This document shows, one piece after another, positions 39,593-48,719 of a stretch of DNA of 57,829 nucleotides. A program made the translations under genes and the position numbers. Below the pieces are notes generated by a model, which saw only the letters and a list, made by a program, of their open reading frames with translations, had not been told where the DNA came from and did no database searches. Source of the DNA: a virus (lineage: Duplodnaviria; Caudoviricetes); the IMG/VR virus record IMGVR_UViG_3300001683_000002, positions 1 to 57,829 of that record; one strand, 5' to 3'. Within the stretch, counting starts at the first letter, position 1; each line of letters opens with the position of its first letter.

Positions 39593-40140
39593 TCATTTAC
39601 CTTCTTAGCTTTATCCAAAAGTTCACGCGCTACAGCCTTATCAGAAGAGTTAAGTAACTTCCATATTTTAGACTGCGAGTCTCGTGACTGCTCATTCCAT
39701 AGTACACTGAACTCGATATCATCCTTACGTATCAGTTCAACCATCTCTTCAACAGCATCTTCTATCGCTTCGCCTTCCGCTTCCGGGGCACCTTCACCTG
39801 AATACAAGTACAAGCCCAGTCCGAAGACTGCAATACATTTAACTAGACAACGCATCCTGGCATCACTTATATCTCTAGATGTAGGGTCAGCAATTGACTT
39901 CATCTTATGATCCATGACAGGTAGTATCATCGCCCTAGTGACGCCACACACTGTAACGTGAACTTCAACCTCACACGACCCATTAGAATAGAGTACTGTC
40001 TCGCAAAAAGTATACCCGCTATCTGGATATACTTTCTGGAGTTCAGCCCAAGCATGGTGCCACGGTAAATAAGTAAGACCCATTTTCTCTTTAGTATACT
40101 TAGATACATTTATAGCACTTAATTTTTTAAAAACACTCAT
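39589..40140 (-). CDS. sak: Sak/Rad52-like single-strand annealing protein (DUF1071-like)
   Basis: K.GLTYL.W..AW, LPVMD, RCLVK.IA.FGLGLYLY.GE. Confidence 0.85.
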   Translation of the reverse strand: MSVFKKLSAINVSKYTKEKMGLTYLPWHHAWAELQKVYPDSGYTFCETVLYSNGSCEVEVHVTVCGVTRAMILPVMDHKMKSIADPTSRDISDARMRCLVKCIAVFGLGLYLYSGEGAPEAEGEAIEDAVEEMVELIRKDDIEFSVLWNEQSRDSQSKIWKLLNSSDKAVARELLDKAKKVNE

Positions 40141-40499
40141 TAAAATAATTCCTCCGTTAGCTTTGTTATTTTTGCTTGCTGCTCGTACTGATAGCTATAC
40201 CCTGACATAAACACAGTACGGTCGTTGTTTAGTAAAGCTCTTCCAGGTACATTTATACCGACTTCACATGCTAATTGACCTACTATATAAGCCAGAGTGT
40301 TATCGACCGGTGGTGCCACCTTGGCTGCCCCCTTCTTCCATGATACTGTTACACCTTCATCAGACAACGACCCTGATGTAACGTTACCACTCTCTATGTG
40401 ACTCGCAGCAGACGATACTAAGTCTACTATGTCTGTCATCCTGTCCGTTACTTCTATTGTTATTGTATAAGTTCCAGTTTGCATTTTCTGCCCTTTCAT
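40140..40499 (-). CDS. Hypothetical protein (start possibly 40484)
   Basis: First ORF of the leftward early operon, coupled to sak. Confidence 0.65.
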   Translation of the reverse strand: MKGQKMQTGTYTITIEVTDRMTDIVDLVSSAASHIESGNVTSGSLSDEGVTVSWKKGAAKVAPPVDNTLAYIVGQLACEVGINVPGRALLNNDRTVFMSGYSYQYEQQAKITKLTEELF

Positions 40500-40518
40500 T
40501 TTTTTTTAAAGAGGCTAT

Positions 40519-40547
40519 AATATACCACTTAGTTAAACAAAACGCAA
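40519..40547 (-). promoter_or_regulatory. Leftward early promoter at the strand-divergence point
   Basis: Minus strand TTGCGT-17 bp-TATATT with an extended TG. Confidence 0.6.
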
Positions 40548-40564
40548 TAAAAAATTATACAAAT

Positions 40565-40735
40565 ATGAAGAAAAAGACTAAGGTATATCACGCAACCCGC
40601 ATCGATGCTGACGACTTGGAGTTCATGACAAAACTTGCTGACCGGCAGGGTGTAACATTGTCACTACTAATGAGAAGAGCAGTTCACAGATTTGTTGAAA
40701 TAGAATTAATTGAATTAGGTAAGGAGAAACTATGA
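40565..40735 (+). CDS. Ribbon-helix-helix (CopG/Arc-like) regulator
   Basis: ATRID......LADRQGVTLSLLMRRAV; start reset to ATG 40565. Confidence 0.7.
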   Translation: MKKKTKVYHATRIDADDLEFMTKLADRQGVTLSLLMRRAVHRFVEIELIELGKEKL

Positions 40736-41013
40736 CTGTAGATGACACGCTAGAAGAACGCCAGGGCACATATGGTGACTATATAGATAACGCAGGTATA
40801 GCTCAGAGTATTAAAGAAGCTATGCAGACCACAAATAACTGGGACTCTCTGCCTGCCATTCACCGTGAAGCACTAGACCAGATAGCTAGTAAAATAGCCA
40901 GGTCTATAAATGGTGATCCATATCACAAAGATAATTTTGACGACATAGCTGGATACGCTTTATTAGTTAGTCGCCACATTGAAGATAAGCTGACAGGAGC
41001 CTTAGATGAATAA
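40732..41013 (+). CDS. DUF6378-like phage protein (possible nucleotide-metabolism role)
   Basis: ERQ.TYGD, KIAR..NG...H.DN..DIAGYA. Confidence 0.7.
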   Translation: MTVDDTLEERQGTYGDYIDNAGIAQSIKEAMQTTNNWDSLPAIHREALDQIASKIARSINGDPYHKDNFDDIAGYALLVSRHIEDKLTGALDE

Positions 41014-41767
41014 TGATATTTTAGTGATAGCTGATACACAAATTACACCTGATGCTCCTATTGACCATTTACAGGCTTTGTCACAGTATATCTGGCAGCA
41101 TAAGCCAGGTACGATTGTACATATCGGAGACCATTGGGACTTCGAGAGTCTATCATCTTTCGATAGCGCGAAGGAACAGGAAGGTAAGCGACTATATAAT
41201 GACTTAGAAGCTGGGTTCAACGCATTCCGTATTATCATGTCAGTGACAGATGAACTGAACGCACGTCACAAAAAAACAAAGTACGTACCGAACAAACATT
41301 TCATTATGGGTAATCACGAGAATCGCCTACGACGCTTTATTGATAGTCACCCTGTACTTGAAGGCTGCTTCGATTTAGATAGGTTCATTAGTGACCAGGG
41401 TTGGAGTGTGAATAAGTTCCTTGATCCGTTATGGGTTGATGATATCTGCTTTGTTCACTACTTACCTAGTCCACAAAGTAGTAGACCGGTGGGTGGTAGT
41501 ATCGAGAACAAGCTTAATAAATTTCCTCACAGCTTTGTTCATGGTCATCAGCAGCAGTATCAATACGGCAGACGACAGAATATGCGAGGTGTTCCTCATT
41601 TCGGTGTGTGTGCTGGATCGTTCTACATGCACGACGAAGACTACAGGGGCGCTAATAACACAGAGCTTCGCGGTTTCGTTCATATGAAAGCATATCAAAA
41701 CAGGTTCGACCAATTAGATCATGACGTAGAATTTGTGTCGCTTGAGAGATTACTGTCTACTTATTAA
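41006..41767 (+). CDS. Calcineurin-like metallophosphoesterase
   Basis: IADTQ, IGDHWD, GNHE, FVHY and GHQQ motifs. Confidence 0.85.
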   Translation: MNNDILVIADTQITPDAPIDHLQALSQYIWQHKPGTIVHIGDHWDFESLSSFDSAKEQEGKRLYNDLEAGFNAFRIIMSVTDELNARHKKTKYVPNKHFIMGNHENRLRRFIDSHPVLEGCFDLDRFISDQGWSVNKFLDPLWVDDICFVHYLPSPQSSRPVGGSIENKLNKFPHSFVHGHQQQYQYGRRQNMRGVPHFGVCAGSFYMHDEDYRGANNTELRGFVHMKAYQNRFDQLDHDVEFVSLERLLSTY

Positions 41768-41776
41768 AGAATAACC

Positions 41777-41805
41777 TTGCGTTTATATTTGTTTATTGAT
41801 AAACT
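41777..41805 (+). promoter_or_regulatory. Sigma70-type promoter (repeated family)
   Basis: TTGCGT-17 bp-TAAACT with an extended TG, followed by GAAGGCTAGTTA. Confidence 0.75.
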
Positions 41806-41835
41806 GAAGGCTAGTTAATTAATCAGGAGGAACAC

Positions 41836-42042
41836 ATGGTCACATGCGGAAGCTGTGAACACTTCATACCAGACCCAATCGGGTTTGGTGGAGGGATTGG
41901 TCAATGTAAGATATATAATGCCAGGGTGGCTGCTCACGGTTCGAAAAAAGTGGCACCACCTAGAGGTCGTTGTTTATTCCCACTCGTTGAAAGAACATGT
42001 AGTCAACATCAACTTAAAACTAATAAAGAAAATGAAACTTAA
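41836..42042 (+). CDS. Small Cys-rich putative Zn-binding protein
   Basis: AGGAGG RBS; CGSCEHF...GQC...C..H. Confidence 0.65.
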   Translation: MVTCGSCEHFIPDPIGFGGGIGQCKIYNARVAAHGSKKVAPPRGRCLFPLVERTCSQHQLKTNKENET

Positions 42043-42346
42043 AATAATTGATAGTGAGAACTGGGTACGCAAATCTGAAGCATCTACTTTAAAAGATAGA
42101 ATCACAATCTTGAAATCAGATGCATTCCATAAAGGAAGAGAGTTCGATGCATTCAAAGAGAAGCATGCAGAACTTAAAGAAGCACACGCAGAAACTGAAG
42201 CGTTCGTTTTAGAAGTAGTTCAGGCGAATGAAGATATCTTTGCAGTCAACCAACGTATTTCAGCAATTTTATGGCTGTATAAAGTGATAGGTGTTCCAGT
42301 CGTTCTTGTACTAGGAGCGGTCTTACATTGGGTATATTGGCTATAA
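42032..42346 (+). CDS. Coiled-coil protein with a C-terminal TM anchor
   Basis: Start reset to ATG 42032; heptad region followed by a hydrophobic tail. Confidence 0.6.
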   Translation: MKLKIIDSENWVRKSEASTLKDRITILKSDAFHKGREFDAFKEKHAELKEAHAETEAFVLEVVQANEDIFAVNQRISAILWLYKVIGVPVVLVLGAVLHWVYWL

Positions 42347-42429
42347 TCCTGACCCTATGGTAAGGGGTAAGGTCTAAAAACGTCACCAGCACCCCTTAAC
42401 GGGGCGATTTCAATAATCAGAGGGTAATT

Positions 42430-42525
42430 ATGGTAGAAGCAGTAATAAGTGTGATATTAATCGTAAGCGGCTTTGCAGTCACTTTTTTATTCCATTTAAA
42501 GATAGCTGAACAGCTAGACACATAA
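42430..42525 (+). CDS. 31-aa single-TM microprotein
   Basis: GAGG RBS; MVEAVISVILIVSGFAVTFLFHLKIAEQLDT. Confidence 0.5.
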   Translation: MVEAVISVILIVSGFAVTFLFHLKIAEQLDT

Positions 42526-42547
42526 AACTTACGCAGGAAAAATAATT

Positions 42548-42571
42548 AAGCCTCTTAACTGAGGTTTTTTT
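42548..42571 (+). terminator. Intrinsic terminator
   Basis: AAGCCTC-ttaact-GAGGTTT followed by a T-run. Confidence 0.75.
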
Positions 42572-42642
42572 ATGCCTGGTGATTACGTATTGGGATTTGG
42601 AACTTATGAGAGGTAAGACTAGAGGATGGGATTATATTTTAA

Positions 42643-43005
42643 ACATAGCAAGATCATAGACCGAGAAGTGATAACCCTGTAGTGACGTGAGAAGTTGTAT
42701 ATAACTTATCTCTCATTACCAAGGGTTGATACTTTGGTCATTCATCTCATTGTGTACCGCTAGCTACGGTTAATCTATTCTCAGATAATTACAATCCGCA
42801 TAACGCCCCCGGAGCGAACGAGGTAAGGTATGCCAGCTTATTGTTTTCTGCCCAGGAAGGGCATATCACTATTCTGAATTTATCACGTGAACTGCTATGT
42901 CCACATCGCCTGGCCAACTTGCGATCTGAGTAAGACTGACTGGAATGTATATATACCACGGTAAAAATTGAATAAGCCGTATATACGTTTGTTAGTTTAC
43001 TTCTT
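42643..43005 (+). ncRNA. Candidate structured ncRNA or structured origin element
   Basis: No ORF; several long hairpins with plus-strand G-U pairs and long-range helices (see findings). Confidence 0.4.
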
Positions 43006-43242
43006 GAGTTTAGGTCAAGCTTGTAAGCAACACCTTTTGATTAGTACGAGAATGCCCCTACAGCAGGATTAAATACACTACCGGTAGGCCTGGTCATTGT
43101 ACAACTGAACACAGCACAGATGACCTGGTAAGCATTACTACGTGTCTTTCAAGTTTCGAGAGAAGCCCTTCCAGTACGACTAAATCCCTACACACCCGTA
43201 GTATAACATAAAAAACCGCGCTGAACATTAAAAAAATAAATA

Positions 43243-43271
43243 TGTACATTCGTTTGACATTTCTGTATGAT
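43243..43271 (+). promoter_or_regulatory. Putative promoter for helicase-primase
   Basis: TGTACA-17 bp-TATGAT with an upstream A-tract; overlaps the TTGAC-N18-GTCAA inverted repeat. Confidence 0.4.
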
Positions 43272-43309
43272 AGTAGGTCAATAACCGATCGCCTGGAGGG
43301 GCACAATAC

Positions 43310-44821
43310 GTGGAAATAGTACCAAGAGACTATCAAGAAAGCTTCATTCATGATATTAAGGCGGCCATACGAGCCGGTGACAAGCGAATAATTGCTTGCG
43401 CCAGCACTGGTGCAGGAAAAAGTATTGTCCTGGCTGCTATAGCACAATCAGCGCTAGCAAAAGGAAAGAGGGTGATCATAGTTCTGCCCAGGAAGTCTTT
43501 AGTCATTCAGTTGTCTGCAACTTTCGAGCAGTTCAAGATCAGACATACTATTTTAATGGCTGGAGAACCTTATCACTCGCAAGCTAGATGTCAAATCATT
43601 AGTATTGACACGTACACATCAAGACTAGCAGCGAAGAGAATGCTTTTCGTAGATGCTGACGTGCTATGTATAGATGAGATGCATGTACAGCATACAGATA
43701 CTAAAATAAAACTGTTCGATAGGTATAAAGTAATCGTAGCATTTACAGCTACTCCTGTTGCACCTAAGAAAAGACCACTGGGTGTCCTATATACTAAGAT
43801 CGTTTCATCCATATCAATGAAAGAGCTGGTGTCGATGGGGCATCTTGTGCCGTTGCGTTATTTTGCACCTTCTGATTTTCATTCAGATGATGTGAAGGTT
43901 GACGCTGAAGGAGAATATAACTCAAGACAGCTGGACGAATATATTGACGATAAGCTAAAGACGGAAGATGGAAAACTGAAGATCGTTGGAGATGTGGTAG
44001 AGAACTGGCAACGAATCGCTAGCGACAGACAGACAGTGGTCTTCTGCAAAACCCAGGCGCACTCTAGACATATACAGCAGGAATTTTTAGACAAGGGTGT
44101 CAAGGCTTTATATATAGATTGCAATACAGATATCCCTGATCGTGAGCAGATCTTTCGAGACATGGCAGAAAAGAGAGCGCAAGTCCTGGTCAATGTTGGG
44201 ATTGTTGCTATGGGGATTGACATTCCAATTTTGTCTTGTGTGATCCTGGCTACTCCGATCAATAGAATAGCTAGGTACCTACAGTGCGTAGGAAGATTAA
44301 CTAGACCGCACAAAGAAAGCGGCAAGGTTGATGGCCTGGTGATCGATCATTGTGGTATCGTTTCTAAGCTGGGCTTTGCTGATGACGAACAATTCTGGAC
44401 ACTGGACGGAGAAGAGTCACCTGAAGAGCTTAAGAAAAAAGACAAAGAAGAGAAAGAAGCACCAAAGGAAATTACATGCAGCGAGTGTAGCTTTATATTT
44501 GTTTCTCGTAAGTCATGTCCTCAATGTGCTTTTGAGATGGTTCCTTTGGGTGAGGAAATACCAGTTCATCAGGCTGAGCTAGTTGAGATCAGTGCGAAAG
44601 ATAAGGTACCATCACCGGCAGACAAGAAGGTTTTTTATTCTATGTTGTTAGGACATGCTAAGAATAAAGGATTCAAGACAGGCTGGGCAGACCATAGCTT
44701 CAAGACGAAGTTTGGTCACTTCCCTAAAACTAAAAAAGGTGTGGAGGCTATCAACCCGGACGATACTGTGTTAGGCTACATTAAACATTTGCAAATCAGA
44801 AGAGCTAGGTCGAGAAAATGA
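43310..44821 (+). CDS. SF2 (DExH) helicase with a C-terminal Zn ribbon
   Basis: PRDYQ, ASTGAGKS, DEMH, TATP, QCVGR..R, C..C...CP.C. Confidence 0.92.
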   Translation: MEIVPRDYQESFIHDIKAAIRAGDKRIIACASTGAGKSIVLAAIAQSALAKGKRVIIVLPRKSLVIQLSATFEQFKIRHTILMAGEPYHSQARCQIISIDTYTSRLAAKRMLFVDADVLCIDEMHVQHTDTKIKLFDRYKVIVAFTATPVAPKKRPLGVLYTKIVSSISMKELVSMGHLVPLRYFAPSDFHSDDVKVDAEGEYNSRQLDEYIDDKLKTEDGKLKIVGDVVENWQRIASDRQTVVFCKTQAHSRHIQQEFLDKGVKALYIDCNTDIPDREQIFRDMAEKRAQVLVNVGIVAMGIDIPILSCVILATPINRIARYLQCVGRLTRPHKESGKVDGLVIDHCGIVSKLGFADDEQFWTLDGEESPEELKKKDKEEKEAPKEITCSECSFIFVSRKSCPQCAFEMVPLGEEIPVHQAELVEISAKDKVPSPADKKVFYSMLLGHAKNKGFKTGWADHSFKTKFGHFPKTKKGVEAINPDDTVLGYIKHLQIRRARSRK

Positions 44822-45756
44822 ATATTGATATAAAAGAAGAATACAAAGGGCGCTGGGCATCCATACTGATAGGGGCTGGTGTTGATGGCAATGTACTGAA
44901 CGGTAAGCATCAACCTTGTCCTTTATGTAGTGGTAAAGACAGGTTCCGCTGGATAGCTGATACAGAGACAGCATTTTGCTCTCAGTGTGGTGTACGTGGA
45001 GGGATAGACTTCCTTATGGAGTTTGCCGGGCATTCGTTTCGAGAGGCGTGTGAATATATTAGAGGTGAAAAAGTGGAATATAAACAGCAAGAGAAGAAGA
45101 TTAAGGTCAACCCGATCAACAGATTGAAACAGATACATAAAGGTCTTAAACCTATAACTCCTGGTGATCTAGTGTCTACGTACCTAGAAAGACGGGGAAT
45201 TACTAAGGTGGGTTCTGATATCTTTACGTCGTCTAGTATCCCATATTATGGTGGTTTTGTTGACGGTAAGAAAGTTACAGGAGTCTTTACAGCTATGATC
45301 GCCAGAATAACCAACCTGGACGGCAGCTTACAAAGCTATCATGTAACTTACTTAAATGATCATGGCTTTAAAATAGATTTTGCAGCAGCTAAAATTATCA
45401 TCACTCCAATGACTACTATTACAGGGTGTAGTATAAAGCTAGCTGAGCCAGTTAATGGGCAGCTGTGCGTCGCTGAGGGGCTGGAAACTGCTTTAGCTAT
45501 ACAACAGGAAGAAGGAGTACCTACTTGGTCTGCTATCAACGCCAACGGCATGATAAAAATGGAAGTGCCTAGTACTGTTACTAACGTAAATATTTTTCTG
45601 GATAACGATCAAAATTTCACTGGACATGCAGCAGCATATCAATTAGCTAATCGTTTAGCAGTAAAAGGGGTGGCTGTTACCGTCATCAATGACTGTGAAA
45701 TCGGCGACGATTATTTAGACTTAATGAATAAAAACAAGGAGTTAGGAAATAGTTAG
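44818..45756 (+). CDS. DNA primase (Zn-binding plus TOPRIM domains)
   Basis: H.PCP.C.GKDRF...CSQCG, YL..RGI, VAEGLETAL, DND, DYLD. Confidence 0.9.
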   Translation: MNIDIKEEYKGRWASILIGAGVDGNVLNGKHQPCPLCSGKDRFRWIADTETAFCSQCGVRGGIDFLMEFAGHSFREACEYIRGEKVEYKQQEKKIKVNPINRLKQIHKGLKPITPGDLVSTYLERRGITKVGSDIFTSSSIPYYGGFVDGKKVTGVFTAMIARITNLDGSLQSYHVTYLNDHGFKIDFAAAKIIITPMTTITGCSIKLAEPVNGQLCVAEGLETALAIQQEEGVPTWSAINANGMIKMEVPSTVTNVNIFLDNDQNFTGHAAAYQLANRLAVKGVAVTVINDCEIGDDYLDLMNKNKELGNS

Positions 45757-45766
45757 TTGAAAAACC

Positions 45767-45815
45767 TTGCTTTAATATTTTTTTATTGATAAACTGAAGG
45801 CCAGTTAGAAATTAA
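45767..45815 (+). promoter_or_regulatory. Sigma70-type promoter (repeated family)
   Basis: TTGCTT-17 bp-TAAACT; 45786-45815 is identical to 46831-46860. Confidence 0.78.
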
Positions 45816-45837
45816 GTTAAACCACTGGAGATACAAA

Positions 45838-46062
45838 ATGAAAACTTTAGACAACCAATATAACGAAGAGAAGGAAGCACTTTATAAAGCCAAGGAAGAA
45901 GCTTTTCAATTATTAGTTTGGGAATACGAACACAATGGCGAAGTAGCTTATGAGTTGGGAGACTGGAAAGAAGTAGCACACTGGAATGACTCTGTTGATG
46001 AAGCTGTTGCTAACATGAATTATTTCACTAGATTACATAGAGCAGAATTAGAAAAGTTTTAA
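45838..46062 (+). CDS. Acidic hypothetical early protein
   Basis: GGAG RBS directly after the promoter. Confidence 0.65.
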   Translation: MKTLDNQYNEEKEALYKAKEEAFQLLVWEYEHNGEVAYELGDWKEVAHWNDSVDEAVANMNYFTRLHRAELEKF

Positions 46063-46071
46063 ATAAATAAC

Positions 46072-46100
46072 GTGGGAGGTTTTTTGCTTCCCACACATTT
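46072..46100 (+). terminator. Possible terminator/hairpin
   Basis: GTGGGAGG...CTTCCCAC followed by ACATTTT. Confidence 0.4.
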
Positions 46101-46120
46101 TACCTACTAAGGAAAAGAAA

Positions 46121-46222
46121 ATGATAGACGCAGAAGTAGCATATGTATTAGGACACGCATTCGTGATTTTATGGGGTGTAGTGATTTTAGTTAAATTAAT
46201 TAAAGAAGATAGAGAAAATTAA
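46121..46222 (+). CDS. 33-aa single-TM microprotein
   Basis: AAGGA RBS; MIDAEVAYVLGHAFVILWGVVILVKLIKEDREN. Confidence 0.55.
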   Translation: MIDAEVAYVLGHAFVILWGVVILVKLIKEDREN

Positions 46223-46249
46223 TTAAGAAAGTTCATTTAGGGGTACGTC

Positions 46250-46726
46250 ATGAAAACAAGTATAAGAAGTAACGCTAAAACCCATCTAGGTAGTTCGGAA
46301 TATGTAAGATTAGTTAAATTCCTAGTATGGCTTGATAATAAATTAGAGATTCCATCAGCAACGAACTTAGAGGTAGTAGTAGTTGATGATCCTCAAGATC
46401 ATAGAACAGGGTCAGTGGCTTGTAAGAGCGCTAAGGAATTAACTCTTATGCTTAATGCTCATGACTGTAAAGATGAAACTATTTTGAACCCCGTTACTGG
46501 GCGTTATGAAGACTGGTTTGCTACAGCAGCACATGAGATGGTACATGTAAAGCAATTCTCAACCAGTCAACTTACTGCTGACACATCATTTTATTGGGAA
46601 AGCAAAAAGTTTCACGAAGTACAAGGTTGTAAACTATCTTATAAGCAGTATGTGGAATTACCTTGGGAAGCAGAAGCCTTTACAAGACAGGATGAATTAT
46701 ACCAGGAGTGGTTAGCAGTAGAATAG
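46250..46726 (+). CDS. Zincin-like metallopeptidase domain protein
   Basis: AHEMVHVKQ (HExxH) and PWEAEA. Confidence 0.75.
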   Translation: MKTSIRSNAKTHLGSSEYVRLVKFLVWLDNKLEIPSATNLEVVVVDDPQDHRTGSVACKSAKELTLMLNAHDCKDETILNPVTGRYEDWFATAAHEMVHVKQFSTSQLTADTSFYWESKKFHEVQGCKLSYKQYVELPWEAEAFTRQDELYQEWLAVE

Positions 46727-46811
46727 CCGGCAGTGATGGCGGTCATAAATACAAGATTGAAATTAAATAACTAATAGTAACAAGGACTTATAATATAACT
46801 GTAAAACAATT

Positions 46812-46860
46812 TTGCTTTTCCAGGTTGGTTTTGATAAACTGAAGGCCAGTTAGAAATTAA
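46812..46860 (+). promoter_or_regulatory. Sigma70-type promoter (repeated family)
   Basis: TTGCTT-17 bp-TAAACT plus the 30-nt shared block. Confidence 0.78.
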
Positions 46861-46883
46861 TTTGAACCACCCGGAGAAGCATC

Positions 46884-47024
46884 ATGAAACATCAAGATTG
46901 GCACCAAGAAGCACCAGAACGTACAGAACAAGAAAAGAAAGATAGGATAGTGAGATTGGGCAGTATTATGGTACGGAAATCAGCAGGATGTCCAATTGCT
47001 AGATCACCAAAAGCAGATAGATAA
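46884..47024 (+). CDS. 46-aa hypothetical protein
   Basis: GGAG RBS after the promoter; MKHQDWHQEAPER... Confidence 0.55.
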   Translation: MKHQDWHQEAPERTEQEKKDRIVRLGSIMVRKSAGCPIARSPKADR

Positions 47025-47053
47025 CATTGTAGTTAACTTAAAAAGGTATCAAA

Positions 47054-47311
47054 ATGAAAACTTCAGAATCAAGAATTATCAGGGCAGCTAAAATCATTAA
47101 TAAAAAGGAATTTAAGACAGAACGTTTATTGTTTGTCGCACTAGAGAGTGCATTGGATAATTTAGCTGGTGTATCTTTAGTAGAGAATCATTCAGTGAGT
47201 GAATACTCTATCCCAGATACTTTGGATTTGAAATCTACAGGGTATACAGTTCGCGAATTCTTAACCGTAACTGACTGTATAGATGATGCAAGAAACTTGG
47301 CTCACTTGTAA
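47054..47311 (+). CDS. Hypothetical protein
   Basis: AAGGT RBS; 85 aa. Confidence 0.6.
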   Translation: MKTSESRIIRAAKIINKKEFKTERLLFVALESALDNLAGVSLVENHSVSEYSIPDTLDLKSTGYTVREFLTVTDCIDDARNLAHL

Positions 47312-47325
47312 TTTGGAGTAAGATC

Positions 47326-47493
47326 ATGACAAACCAAAAGTATTATTTAGGGTACTGTACAGGATGCAGACAGTCAATGCCGGTAACTTACGCACAAGCC
47401 GTGAAGCCCCTGGCAGACCAAAGGTGCCCATATTGTACAGCGAAGCATGAAGAGAATTTAAGAACCTCAAAAGGTGATACAGATGATAAGTAA
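47326..47493 (+). CDS. 55-aa Zn-ribbon protein
   Basis: GGAG RBS; CTGC...CPYC. Confidence 0.6.
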   Translation: MTNQKYYLGYCTGCRQSMPVTYAQAVKPLADQRCPYCTAKHEENLRTSKGDTDDK

Positions 47494-47698
47494 TAGAGTT
47501 AGATCAGCAATAATAAACAAACCGGGATATCAGTTTGATAGAGAAGTTGAAATAGGCGGATTCCTGGTACAGTACGACGTTACGAACGGTGACGTAGACA
47601 TTGTAAGCATCACAGCAGATCCAGATAAAGATCTATTGGACTTTTTCTCTGAAGAAGCTATAGATGCAATTACAGCAACCATTGATGGGACTACATAA
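47474..47698 (+). CDS. Hypothetical protein (start possibly 47483)
   Basis: Fits the operon packing. Confidence 0.55.
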   Translation: MIQMISNRVRSAIINKPGYQFDREVEIGGFLVQYDVTNGDVDIVSITADPDKDLLDFFSEEAIDAITATIDGTT

Positions 47699-47699
47699 A

Positions 47700-48299
47700 A
47701 TGAGCAGACCAAACACTTGTAAAGAAAAAATAATCTTCGCGGTTTTTAGAGAAGGGATCGTGAACCCAGTAGACGTAGTACTAGTAGAGTTTAAGGTTAC
47801 TACTGTCATGCAGAATATATCTACACTTTTGTCAACGGGCATTCTAGTTAGAGTAGGCATCAACCGCACTGGAGCACATATCGCTCTTAGTGAAGAAGGA
47901 TTAGCAGCGTACCATGCGATACTTGAGAAGCCTGATAAAGGTGAAATAGCAACAACCAGCGCCGTTAGACTGGCTATAAAGGGAAGAGAAGAGTTTTCGC
48001 CGTCATCTATATCAGGAATTATTTTTGGTGACATTAAAGTTAGCAAGAAACAAAGGAATGGAGTTCGATATATCTTATGTCGTATGGTAAAGGACGGAGA
48101 AGTAGTTAAATTAGAAGAGGGTATATATTCAGCTACCGGAACCAGGACAGCAAGAGTAGAGCAGGGTCTGGATTATTCAAAGAATTTTAAGAACATCCAG
48201 GAGTTATATACAATCTTGCCTGGGACTCTTACTAAACACGTTCCTTTAAACGAGAGAACAGAAAATCAAATATTACTAGACTTAGTAGAGGAGGATTAA
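47700..48299 (+). CDS. Hypothetical protein, possibly tandem winged-helix
   Basis: L...GILVRVG and L.RMVKDGEV.K...G.Y wHTH-like ends. Confidence 0.5.
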   Translation: MSRPNTCKEKIIFAVFREGIVNPVDVVLVEFKVTTVMQNISTLLSTGILVRVGINRTGAHIALSEEGLAAYHAILEKPDKGEIATTSAVRLAIKGREEFSPSSISGIIFGDIKVSKKQRNGVRYILCRMVKDGEVVKLEEGIYSATGTRTARVEQGLDYSKNFKNIQELYTILPGTLTKHVPLNERTENQILLDLVEED

Positions 48300-48715
48300 T
48301 GACAAAAGCAATACTAAGGAAAGGCGTCAACGGCTTAGTTGCTGAGACGCCAGGGGCAGTCGAGTTTTTAATGGGACTGTCATTCGGAACAGATTATAAT
48401 GTTAATGTAGTTGAGTCCAGGAACGCGTCTTTTCACAGAAAGTTTTTTGCCCTTATCAGTGCTACATATGATATGCAAGAGTTTTTTGATAGTAAAGAAG
48501 CATATAGAAGATGGTTGACCATGAAGTGTGGATACTTCTCTTCTATAGTATGTCCCAGCGGTAGTACTGTTTTTGTGGCTGACAGCATATCTTTCGCTAA
48601 GATGTCACAGGAAGATTTTGAGGAGCTGTATAGCACAGCAATAGATGTTTTCATACGGGAGCTAGGGGAAAAATTAACTCGCGACGATATTGATAAGGTA
48701 CTAACATACGCATAA
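48299..48715 (+). CDS. DUF1367-like protein
   Basis: RN..FHRKFFAL, R.WL...CG, SISFAKM.Q..FEELY. Confidence 0.75.
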   Translation: MTKAILRKGVNGLVAETPGAVEFLMGLSFGTDYNVNVVESRNASFHRKFFALISATYDMQEFFDSKEAYRRWLTMKCGYFSSIVCPSGSTVFVADSISFAKMSQEDFEELYSTAIDVFIRELGEKLTRDDIDKVLTYA

Positions 48716-48719
48716 TATA

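Noticed and set aside
42643-43005. Group I/II intron or tmRNA
   Set aside because: No interrupted gene, no GTGCG 5' end, no recognisable P7 or domain V motifs, and no tRNA-like ends
43094-43447. 117-aa minus-strand ORF, possible replication initiator
   Set aside because: Overlaps the helicase start and promoter region; composition is not protein-like
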